The position numbers and the translations under genes were made by a program. DNA of 64,000 bases. Origin: Amoebophrya sp. A120 (Eukaryota; Protista; Dinoflagellata). The stretch spans positions 8,877,412-8,941,411 of the forward strand of contig CAJINV010000002.1 of NCBI GenBank assembly GCA_905178155.1, given 5' to 3'. Numbering within the stretch: position 1 is the first letter of the stretch; every line of letters begins with the position of its first letter. Under the pieces are notes generated by a model that saw only the letters and a list, made by a program, of their open reading frames with translations, was not told the origin of the DNA and searched no databases. Below are positions 44,701 through 55,447 of this stretch, piece by piece.

Positions 44701-46429
44701 CGTACCCACACCATAGTTGTCATGCAGATTTGCCATGACAGGAACATGTGTGATGCGCAACCCCATGAAAGGCATTTTCAATCGTGTTTGGGAACTTGTA
44801 ATGCTGTAAACAGGATCAGCAGATCGATTTGTGATGCGGCTTTCCTTGCTAAATTGCACTACCTTACAGGCTGAAACTTGTCATGCGTGACTCCCAAAAC
44901 TCCTAGGTTTGTGTTGCAAAATCCCCATCTTGACTCTGGTGTGGGTACGTTTTTAATCGGGCTAACGACAGTAACTGGTTCGCCAAGTCCGGGAACCTTC
45001 GCTGGTACCGGAGACACATAAAGCGCGTGAAAGCTGCGCCGATTCTGAGATCGATCTCCGTCCGCGCCTCTACGGCGTCCGCGAGGGCTTTGTTCGGGAT
45101 TTGCAAATTTTGCACGGCGTTGGTCAAGTCTTGGAAGGTTAAAGCGGAAAAGACCGCCCGCTTTATGACCAGGTTGGGGTTTTTGTTTAGCGCAACCTCC
45201 AGCACTTCGTACCCGATCGCTTCCCCCTCCCGGTCACAATCCAGCCACAGAACGATCCAGTCGGACTCCCGGGCTAACTCCTCGATCATCCTCTTCAGGG
45301 GCAGCATGTCCCGGGGCACGAACCGGTTCACCGGTTGGTTCAGAAGCAATTCCACCGGAGGCGGCCCGTTCTGCCAGGATTTGCACGCCTCCGGGAAGTC
45401 GATCTGCATCAAATGTCCACGAACGGCGGAAACCTTCATCTTTACCTGCGTCCCCTGTATTTGATAATTGAACTCGTCCACGTTCACGCCGTTGAAGCCC
45501 TGGCCCCCGATTCGGCGCCGATTCACGTTTGCATTCCGCGCTAGGTGCTCGGTGATGCCCCGCTGCACGGAGGGTTTTTCCGCGATGTTCATGATTCGGC
45601 AATTCGGAAAGGGGGGCAGATTGGCGTTGTTGTTCTGCCCATTCTGGTTGAAGAACGCATTGTTCTGGTTGTTTGCTCTGCGCCGCGGCGGCATCTTCGC
45701 GATTTGCGCAGCGACTTTGTCGCTGGGGGAGGGACAGGGGGAAAATGAGGTGCAAGTTGATACACTGGTGTTGGTCTCCGAAGGCGAAGTTGTCTGACAA
45801 TCCTCCACGTTGTCAGGAGGCAAAGGATTAGTTGATGCAGGGCCTAAATGGGCTGCTTCAGAGGAAAACAGAGCTCGGAGATGCAGTTCTGTCTCCTCTG
45901 AGCCGATTCTGGAGCCGCAGGACGGAGTTGTCGTATCGTGTTCGTGTGGCGCCTTTCGTGGGGTAGAAAGATCTTCCGCCGCCGCGTCCTCAAGTATTTT
46001 CGATGTGACGGTCCCATTTCCGCCTGCTGGTGTGCCACTGCTAAAATGTCGCTTCAACCGTCGCGGGTCATCATGATTTTCGCCTCTAGAAAGGCGTCGC
46101 TGTTGCTGCTTCACCAAATCAAGTCGCGAGCTTTGTGCGCGGCAGCTACCGAGCGTCAGATGTTCCGCATCCGCCCAGACATTTCGAAATATGCCATTGG
46201 GGCGATGCGCATCTACATATTCAGTAGAAATATCAAACGCAAGTGTGCGAAAAGTGCTGAGATGATGGCGTAAAGTTGTAAAATGCCTCGGCAGGCGCGA
46301 TTGAAATTTGTCCTGTGGACGAAAAAAAGTCAACAAGGTAGTGGAAGAGTAGTGCGTTGGTGGAACAACGGAAACGTAAGGCTTGCTGGCCGTGGATAAA
46401 CTTCTAGTCAGACGTCCTCCTGCACTCAT
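41777..46429 (-). CDS. TOP3A: DNA topoisomerase III alpha, 3 exons (46429-44965, 44680-44639, 44424-41777)
   Basis: TOPRIM motifs IAEKPS and WLDCDREGE; IDLRIGAAFTR; spliced SYGPCQFPTLGFVVERY; catalytic GYISYPRTET; AHPPIHP; GIGTDAT; C-terminal C4 zinc ribbons (CPYCFNNPP, CDQFPKC). Confidence 0.95.
44430..44638. mobile_element. TIR introner-like element, family D (209 bp)
   Basis: Ends TATCCCACGAAAAAACTGTTTCACTGTGA / TCACAGTGAAACAGTTTTTTCTTGCGATA. TSD GTTCC at 44425-44429 and 44639-44643. Confidence 0.92.
44686..44964. mobile_element. TIR introner-like element, family E (279 bp)
   Basis: Ends TATCCTGAGTAAAAACGTACCCACACCA / TGGTGTGGGTACGTTTTTAATCGGGCTA. TSD ACGAC at 44681-44685 and 44965-44969. 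Colinear with 47350-47628. Confidence 0.92.
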
Positions 46430-47091
46430 CTAAGATCAAATTCGGAAATGGTTATCGTTGATGTACGTATAGTCCTGGTGTGCGGCTACTGTCTTTTCTG
46501 ACAAGACCTCTGCACACACGGGACAACGATTCAATGCCAAATCTTTGAGTCTGATGTGACTTCAGCAAGCATTTCGTGGTTGTCCCTTCGCAGAGAGATG
46601 CGCCACGGTAAAAAATCGAGGACAGCCTCCTGGCCACGATTCAATTAAAATTCGCAAAAAGTAGCAATCGGAATGGCGATTTTTCGTTTGCAGACCACGA
46701 TTGGAGAGCTACTACACATGAGTGACGCAGGCGCAGTTGAGAATTTCACGACGCATCAAACAATCCGACGAGACTATGATTTACAGATTTAATTTTCATC
46801 GCTGCAGCAAGACGCAGGTACACGCACGATAAGACAAAGACGCGGAGCTATAGGTTTTTCACCGGTTGATGCCTTCACGACACGGAAAAAACGACTACCA
46901 GACGATAATACACCTTTTCATCCGAACACGGTGGCAAGTATCACAAATGGCCTGTTGCATGGTTGTTGTCGCGAGCGTCGCGATCTAATGCGCTGTACGT
47001 GAAGTTTGCAATGACTTGATCCTGCAAGCATTATTCTAGCGTCAGTTTGGTCGTCCTTAAACGAACTTTTTACGGTGGCGAAAGCTACCTT

Positions 47092-50000
47092 TTACGCTTT
47101 GTTTTTCTTCCTTCTCTTGGCTTCCAGTTTTCCCATTCTGGCTTCCTTATCGGCGTTATTCCCCGTCGGTATGCGCTTTTTCACCGAGATCTTTTGTCCG
47201 AACTGCAACAAAGCGTTTTCCCCCTCTGCCAGCGTCTGTGCCTCCTCCTCGTCGATGGTGGTAACCTGCCCGCCAATGTTGGCGTCAATGTCGACTTTCT
47301 TCACTTCAGCGCTGCTGCCGGAAGCGTTTTTCCTCTTCTCCTCCATCTGTATTAAGAGGAAAAACGTACCCACACCAGAGTTGTAATGCTGATTTGCAAA
47401 GACAGGAAGACTTGTAATGCGCATCTCCATGAGCGGAATTTCTAGTCGTGATTTGGCATTTGTAATGCTGTAACCAGGATAAGCAGATGGATTTGTGATG
47501 CGTTAGCCCTTGCTAACCTGCACTACAGTACGGGCTTGAACTTGTGATGCATGAGTCCCAAAACTCCTAGGTTTGTGTTGCAAAATCCCCATCCTGACTC
47601 TGGTGTGGGTACGTTTTTACTCAGGATAATCTGTCGTTTGACCTCATCAGACAGCATCGGCTCGAGCGCCTCCGACCACACACGGATTAGGATATGAACT
47701 GCAAAAATGTCTGGGTCTGGGAGATTGCGAGATTTGTCATGCTTGTCTGGCATGACTCTGAACTCTGTGTTGCATGGCCGCGAAGAGCTCCTCCTCGGTG
47801 TCATGCAAAAACGCAGTTTCTCATGCGGAGTACGCAACTCAGAACCATGGAAAAAACTTGTCATGCTTGGCAGCGCATTATAGTGAGTTCACTACTCCCT
47901 TTCCTGCATCACAAGTTTCCAGACCCAGACATTTTTACATTTGATATAGGAGCTTCGTAAACAACGCGTGGGTTTGCGACACAGGAAGCTGTAACTCCTT
48001 CGACACCTGCTCGAACGTCTTCTGCTGGCAGCCGACGGCGAGAAGGATGGCGGCGTGCACCGCGGAGAGTTGTAAGTTGCAGGGCGCACCTTTATTTGTC
48101 GCTGGTGCGCCACTGTTGACAGCGGCATTGCTGCTACTCGGTGCGACAAATTTCCCGTCGAAATACAGACTCGCCAGCACCGGGAGCAAATCCTGAATCA
48201 GCGCCACCTCGGCCCGCTTGTTCGCGAAGAGCTCGATGCGGTGCAGGTCGTGTCTCGTGACTTGCTGCAAAACGCAGTTCAGCAATTGCTCAGAGTGGGA
48301 AACACGATTTTCATCTGCATCCGTCAGAATTCCAGGTGCTACCGAGCTCGAGCTCGGCTGCCCGGCGACGGAAAGTGCGAGATTCAGTGGCAGTTTTTGG
48401 AACTGTTGCGTTTTCAGCAGTCGCAGGAACCTACACCGGAAATCTTTGTGGAACTCGGCCAGCCAAGTCGCGGTCGTCGCTGAATGTCGCTTGTTGGAAC
48501 TTGTAGAAGCTTTACCACCACTTCCCGTGGCCACCATGGACGATGAGCCCATTCTTCTCAACAGAATTCCGCTGTGTTCACCAGTCACGTCGTTCGCCGT
48601 CTGCCGGATGTAGATCGGGTCAAACTTCAGCTTGTTGTGCCAAAATTCGAACAGCGGCAGAGTAACGCCAAAGCTGGTTCCGAGCCAGTCGAGCTCGAAT
48701 ACGGGTTTCGTGTCTTGGACGGACGAAAGCAAGGCCGGAATCTCCTCTTTTACGGTCAAAGCTTGGGAGTCGGCGGCCGTGGAACTTTTACTATTTCCCT
48801 TTCCTGTTTTTGACTCCTTTTCCTCCTCATCTCCGTACCCTCCCGCCGGCACCATTTCCAGATTGCACCACTTGATGAACTGGGAAACCGCCTCTTGACC
48901 GTAGCCCTGCCGCATCATCTGCGGGTGCGTCGCGATGCGGACAATCCTGGCGCCCTTCAGAGAACCGAAATTAGCGTCGGAAAACTGCTGCGAGATCGTC
49001 CAGGAGATCATGTCCCCGCTTGGACGAAGGCCGCGGGCGAGCGAGTTCGCCACCGCCTCCTTGTTCAGCGCCCCCTCGGTCGCGACGTGCATCGCGACCA
49101 GGATCTCTGGAATCGTATCGGACTCACCGGAGTCGTTCTGTATTGTAGACAAGCACTTTCGTAGAATTTGAAAGTATTCGAGGCATAGAATGAGCAAATA
49201 TGCTACTCTAGCTAGAAACGCCGCGGTGGTACAACCTCTAATGGATGCATAAAAACCAAGTCACCAATAGTAAACACAGCGAAGTTATTTTCTATACCGT
49301 TGAATCCTCCCCGTCGGACTGGTCCGAATCTTCCCGACTCGGCGCCAGCAAGACGAATAGGTAATGCCCCGGCGCGTCGGACAACAAGATCAGATCGTTT
49401 GGACTGTTCTTGTAGTGGCTCGCGACAAACAAACCCGTTAACTTCTTTAAGAACTTCTCCGAGGCCCCGTGGTAGCTGAACAACGCCGTTCGGTCGACTA
49501 GGAACAGCTCGCACTGGTCCGGCATGGGGCACCCTACCTTCTTCATTTTTTCCAGTGCTTTTTTGCTGGAAACCGATTCCGACGCGTCCAGGAGGCACAA
49601 CTCGTTCAGCCACGCCTCCACCGCGTCGTTCAGGCAGTATCGAATCGGCTCTTTCAATTCGATCTCCGCAGAGAGTTTCTTCTGGTGTTTCAGATCCTGT
49701 AACAGTTTCAAGGACAAAGACCGACCGGTCCCCTCGTACCCGTTCACGGTGGAGGACATTAACGTCAGGTATGGCCCGAGCATCTGCTTGATGATGGGGA
49801 GCGGAATGGCCGCCGCCTCGTCGATGATCAGCATCTCGGCCTGGGAGAGCGCGGTCCCGTGCTGCGAAACGATCTCCGGCGGGATGTACTGGATCGTTTG
49901 GCGGTGGTTTTTGAACACGTTGACCCGGACGATGTTGCCGCGTTTGCTGTCCCCGTGTTTCAAATTCAGATTCTGGTTGGTGTTTGATTTCTCCAGATCC

Positions 50001-51708
50001 GCGCGGTTTTTCAGGGACGATTGGTCTAAGTTTTGGTTTGCACTGTTAGTAGTGTTGTTCAATGCGACCAGCACGTCGTAGTCCTTGTGTTCCGTGTATC
50101 CGAGTGCGTCGAAACCCTTCAGGAGAAACTCGAAGACCGTTGTCAAATTCTCTGGACTCGGCGCGGACACGAAAATGTTGCTGTAGCCGTAGGCAAGAGC
50201 CGCAGCCAGCGCCAACCCTAAGGAAGCAGACTTACCTCGCCCACGACCGGCAGTGAGGGAAACGGTCTGGGACAGGGTTTTCTCGGAAATGACGTCGACA
50301 AACTGCATGAGAGCTTGCGCCTGGTCCAGGGTTTTGGCGAGGTTCAGGAGGGAACCGAGCGGCTCGGCGTCTTTCAGGTCCTCTTTCAATGCGAGGAGCT
50401 CCTGCTCACGTTTGGACTGCAACTGTTGCACCTCCAGCGAGCCAGATTGCTTCGTGGGGGCTGCTGCGAGACCTGGGTGTGGTTTTGATCATTTTGTTGC
50501 ATGTTGACGTGGATGAAGTTCGTTTTTTTCAAGGTAGAAAGTGATGAAATACCAACAGAAAGTTACGATGCAAAAGCGAATGCAAAAAATGCAAATGCAT
50601 GAAAAAACGCATTAATTTCCAGTATTATACCTTCCACGCCCTCGATTGCGTTGTTCTCCATTCCCATGAACGCGCGGTTTTTGCAGATCGGCAGCAAATT
50701 CATCTCGTCGTCCAGTACCAAGCAAGTGTCGCACCGGACTAAAGACAGCAAGAATCGCTCGTTCCAACGGGGTTCAAAGTCCGTCTGCTTCTGCTCCTTG
50801 AGCTCAGAGGAGAACTTTTTGTGAATATCCATAGAACAGTTGTAGAGCTGTCGGAGCGAAGACATGTTGTTCAGCAACAGAATGACCGCGCCGCCGCCGG
50901 AGACGGTTTCGACGGTGCGACAGAGGATATTCGGCGTCAATGCCTCGAAGTCCTGCAGAATCAGCATCTGGTGCGTCTTACCCAGAACCTGTGAGAAGAT
51001 GGTTGTATCGTGGTAGGAGTTTTGTGGTTTTTGCTTCGGAAAATGCAAAAGAGCATACAGATGAGATGGCAAAAAAGTTGGTCGATGTCTGAAAAGACGA
51101 TACAAACTACCAAGAGGCCCTATGAAATTTCGAAGAGCTTTGGGACATCCGCTTTTCAGTTTTTTTCTGCGATTTGCATGTCGTGGTACTCGATCAGATG
51201 GAACGCAAATTGGTGCTACGAACCAGATCTGAGTACGCAAATCGGGGTTGTCTTGTCCAACCACGCATGACAACCTCAATGTTACTCTTTGCAATTATGT
51301 ATCAGATCCAGATGAAGATGAAACCTCGGTCAACAAGTACAACTTAGGTACCTGTTCACTGTCCTTGTAGTAGCAGTAACGGATATCGTGTGCGGAGGTG
51401 AACAGCTCAAACGGATCCTCGATATTCGCGTCATAATCCCCCCTCGCGACTTTTTTCTTCAGCTCCTTTGCCCTCGTTTTTCTGTTACTTGAGAACCCAA
51501 GTTCCTTCTTGTAGCACCACAAAATTTGCTGTTGCTTCTTCGTGGATAGTTTGTTCAGCATGAACTGCAAATTTACGATCTGGTCGCGGCCCCGGTCGCC
51601 GAGGATCACGAAAAAAGACCTCTCATTGTTCTTTACACAGTGCTCCAGCAGCTGTCGGACCCGAGCGTCCACCTTCTTCTTACTGCTGGAAGAGCTGGAC
51701 GTCGTCAT
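47092..51708 (-). CDS. NAT10: RNA cytidine acetyltransferase NAT10/Kre33, 6 exons (51708-51352, 50988-50631, 50472-49298, 49137-47947, 47687-47629, 47344-47092)
   Basis: KKVDARV, LWCYKKELGFSS, LQDFEALTPNILCRTVETV, TAGRGRGKSASLG, IDEAAAIPLP, STVNGYEGTGRSLSLKL, SHYKNSPNDL, RIVRIATHP...GYG, TGEHS. Three GT-AG introns and two TIR-element introns. Confidence 0.96.
47350..47628. mobile_element. TIR introner-like element, family E (279 bp)
   Basis: Ends TATTAAGAGGAAAAACGTACCCACACCAGAG / CTCTGGTGTGGGTACGTTTTTACTCAGGATA. TSD ATCTG at 47345-47349 and 47629-47633. Confidence 0.92.
47693..47946. mobile_element. TIR introner-like element, family C (254 bp)
   Basis: Ends TATGAACTGCAAAAATGTCTGGGTCTGG / CCAGACCCAGACATTTTTACATTTGATA. 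TSD TAGGA at 47688-47692 and 47947-47951. Confidence 0.92.
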
Positions 51709-52842
51709 TGTGGAGGAAAAGGGTGGGTGCTTTCTCCTGAAAACAACAGGGTGCTGCTTTATGCTGTTGCAATGGACTGTCTAGTATGTGAAGATGAAGA
51801 TTATCACTACGTAAATAAATTGCCGCCTGCTCAATAACTTCTGAATCTAGGAGAAGTAAAATGTAAGTACGTATGAGGTTGACGTTGAGGTCCTGCGATT
51901 TTTTAGCGAAACAAAAAGTCGACGGGTGATCACGAATTTCCGCACGATGCTGAGCTCGTCCAGTCCAGATCCAGATCCTTTTGTGCAAAGTAATTTCTTC
52001 CTTCCGATCTTAGCAGATGCGGCCATTATCTTCGATCGAGGTTCTCGTGCATTTGATCCCACATTCATCGTCGAGATCTGTTTTCAAAACTTTTAAAACA
52101 TCGATCGTCAACAAAATCGTTCTTGCACTGTGATATTACTACTGGATAACTTTTCATTTCTTCCATTTTCTCACGACACTGGATGCAGATCCTGGACATT
52201 ACCGATCGCAACTTTGACCTGGAAACCGAGATGCTGTTCCTGTGCAAGACAAATTCATGATGCACAGGCACGGCCAAAATCAGCAGTGCCCACGGTGCAA
52301 AGGAAAAGGTAAAGGTTGGTAATTGCTTGAAGTCCAAATAACAAGTCAAACCGGCGTATTGTACTTTCATCCATTGTGGCTCCAAATTCGGTATTTTCTC
52401 GAATATTTTCTTAGTCTGCTCAGAGGTACGTTTTGATGCAACACCTGTAGCTCCAACGTGTGAATAACACGAAGAGTCAGGGAGAAGAGAAGTAGAAAAA
52501 GGAAAGTTCTAAGTCCATTTGAATCAATTTGAAGGCAAGCATGCACTTCTACTACGGTCCTGAGTCAGGAACGCGGCGCCCCCTTGAAACGTAAGAGGAA
52601 ACAAAAAGCTCAACTATATCAACATTTATTTCGTCAAGGGATCTTCCGTAAAAGCATTTCAAGACACTGAGAGCGAGGCTTAAGCTGGTTCATTAAGTTA
52701 AATTTTGTCTATACGCTGGTCCTAGGAGCCTTTCTAGGTCTAGCTGCAAGGGTTCATTTTGACATGATTTTGTTTCGGTATTCATACGTTATTTCATACA
52801 GAGTAAGAACTTAAAAATCGCGTACTGACACAATACATCACT

Positions 52843-54889
52843 TTACGCCAAGATCGGCACGTCTGCATTCCCTCCGATAATCTGCGGTGGCTCCAACGGT
52901 GAGGTTTCTGACGCTGAACTGGCGGACTTCAGCAGTGGATCGACATTGGTGCTCAGCGACGAGTCCGACGGGGAGTCCTTTTTCAGCACTTTTTCTGTCG
53001 GTTGCGCGGAAATCCGTCCGAAGGCCACCGGGTCGAGTTTCGCCGTGTCTTTGAAAATCGCTAGGCCCTGCATCGTTTGCAAATGCCGCCCGTCAAGGAA
53101 GAGCTCGGTGGAAACGAACTCTTTCATTTCGATCGCACCCGAGAGATCCGGGTCTAGCGCCTGCCAAATCTCCTGCAATTTATCCTCGGAAACCGGCTCG
53201 CCGAGGGCCTGGAGAGGGGTTTGGTTGATTTCACACGAAATATGTTTGCTGTGACGCACAAATCGAACAAGAGAAATGAAACGTAAAGAAAAATAAAAAT
53301 TGCGCGGTTCAAACTACTGCATGACAAACAGCCAATCCCTTTTTGATACCGTTGGCAAGTATTGCTTGAACTCTCCAAAATCGATGACCCCGTCGCCATC
53401 AATGTCGAAGTGGCGAAACGCGTTTAGGATACTGCCGTGCTTCTTGTAGATTTTCGCCCGAATTTGGTCGATGTTCATCTCCTCCACTGGCAGAGACATC
53501 TGCGCGCCGTCGCGGGAAATGCCCTGGATCGAAGATGGCGCGGAGGTCGTCTGCTTGCTCGATGACCGGGAGCTACTGGAACTGGTTCCCTGTGCCGACG
53601 TTTGTTCCTCTTGACTTTCACCCCCTTCCACGCCCCACACGAGCGGCTCGCCGTCCTCCTTCCGGATGCTGGCCCGCTTGGCGACCCGGGTGGCAGCATC
53701 GCTGCCGTGCAGCTGCTGGATCAGGGCCTGCTGACCTTCCTTCTTGAAGTCGGCGTGGCGGTGTAACGAATGGCTGGCTTTGTAGCTCGCAAACTTCCGG
53801 GCAAATTCCTGGTACTGCAGATTACCTCCACCATCGTCGTCCGCGATACCTGGGATGAGAATGAGATGAATTGCTACATGAATTCGTGACAGAACTTCGA
53901 ATCACAACATCGTGAATAGCACAACGTACAAATTTAAATTTTTGAAGTTGCAATAAAATAATTAGTTCTACTCCAGAGCTGCTCGACTTGGTTCTTGGGC
54001 AAATCGATTCCCGCGGACTTGAGCCCTTTCGAAAACTCCGCCTTGGAAATGCAGCCGTCGCCGTTTTTGTCGAACGCGCGGAAGGCGCCAATGACGGTGG
54101 AAAACTTCTTTTTGATCATGTTTCTCAGCTCGTCATCCGTCATCTTCGCGGAATGCCTGTTGTAGTGCGTGATAATGTCCAAAAGCAAAATTCATTATAT
54201 TGATTTCTAAGCCTGAACGTAATGGCTCGACCAAAAATCCTGATACCTCGTCGACTCCACCGAAGTCTTCGCACTGTCGTCCAGGAACGCCAAGGGTTCC
54301 CAGCCCCCGAGCTTGGTCTCCACGGTTTCGATCACCTTTTTCGTGAGCGCCTCGACGTGCGGCCACTTCCGTAAAGTGAGCTTGGAAAACACGGGGATGC
54401 GTTTTGTACCCTTGACGACGGAGACCTCGAAGGACCCGACCCGGGGGTAGCAGAACGTGACATCCTGGTACCACTTCTGCGTCTTGTCGTTCTTAATCAT
54501 CGAGTGCCACAGCTTGCTGTTGTACGGCGATCTTCGGCAGTGCATACCGTACGCCTGAGGTTTGATTTGTTCTTCGAAGATCTCTTCGTGCGACATTGGG
54601 AACTTAGTTCATTGAAAATCAATGTGATTTGTGAACTTCTTCGGCCAGAAACATCAGCAAAAAACATCTCAATGCTTACCTTAGGTCCCGGATTGCAGAG
54701 GTACACGTAATCTTTCCCGGCGCAGGCGTTTGTAAGACACTCCACAAAGCTCTGTTCATAGCGGTCGTACTTCTCCTCACTGTGCCGTGTGTGCCATTGC
54801 GAGTCTGAGCACTCAGTGGACCGTTCCAACTCGATCTGCACGCGCAGCTCCTGGGACGCTGTGGCCTCAAAGGACCCGGCGGCAGCCAT
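52843..54889 (-). CDS. Rdx/SelW-like thioredoxin-fold domain fused to four EF-hands, 5 exons with GT-AG introns
   Basis: YPRVGSFEVSV...VFSKLTLRKWP (Rdx-like C-terminal motif). EF loops DKNGDGCISKAEF, DDDGGGNLQYQEF, DIDGDGVIDFGEF and DPDLSGAIEMKEF. Junctions read in frame. Confidence 0.75.
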
Positions 54890-55447
54890 TTTTGCGATTT
54901 GAAGGCTTTTGCTGCGACAATGAGCTTGGTATCGCGTCAAGCAAGGATAGCGGAAAGCTATTCCGCTAAGTTGGATTTTGAGAGATAGCAGCAGAAACGA
55001 GTTGGAAGTAATTCAGTACAGTCAACATTTTTTTCACCGCTAAAACTTCTTCATGCGCTCTAGTGCGAAGATATTCTCTCAGAACGAAACTTTTCGCAAA
55101 TTTGCACTCCTCGGTCGACCACCACCACGCATCAGTATCTATTTGCAAAATAGAAAACTCACACACACGACCAGCTCTGGGCGGACGCGGGGGGCGCTGC
55201 GCTACAGATGGCCAGCTTCAAAACCTGCCAAAAGTGGATAAATCTTCGAAATGTTGCCTCTCTTCTAAACAAAAGAACCATATTCCTGTGCGCAGTCTCG
55301 CAAGCGAGATGTTGTCCGTTATCTGCTTAAGTTGTTTACTGCGCTGTAGTAACGTCGAGTGACCAGTGACATAGCTAAAACTGAGAGCAAGAGCAAGTCG
55401 TAGTATGTTGAAAACAGGTACCCCTTATTTCAATAAAAACCCACTCC

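Noticed and set aside
41777-51708. TOP3A and NAT10 as fragmented pseudogenes
   Set aside because: All breaks are explained by GT-AG introns or by TIR elements whose removal restores the frame and conserved motifs.
54883-54894. Dinoflagellate spliced-leader relic (AGCCATTTT)
   Set aside because: It is only a short partial match, on the non-coding strand over a start codon. I did not see a full leader sequence in the window.
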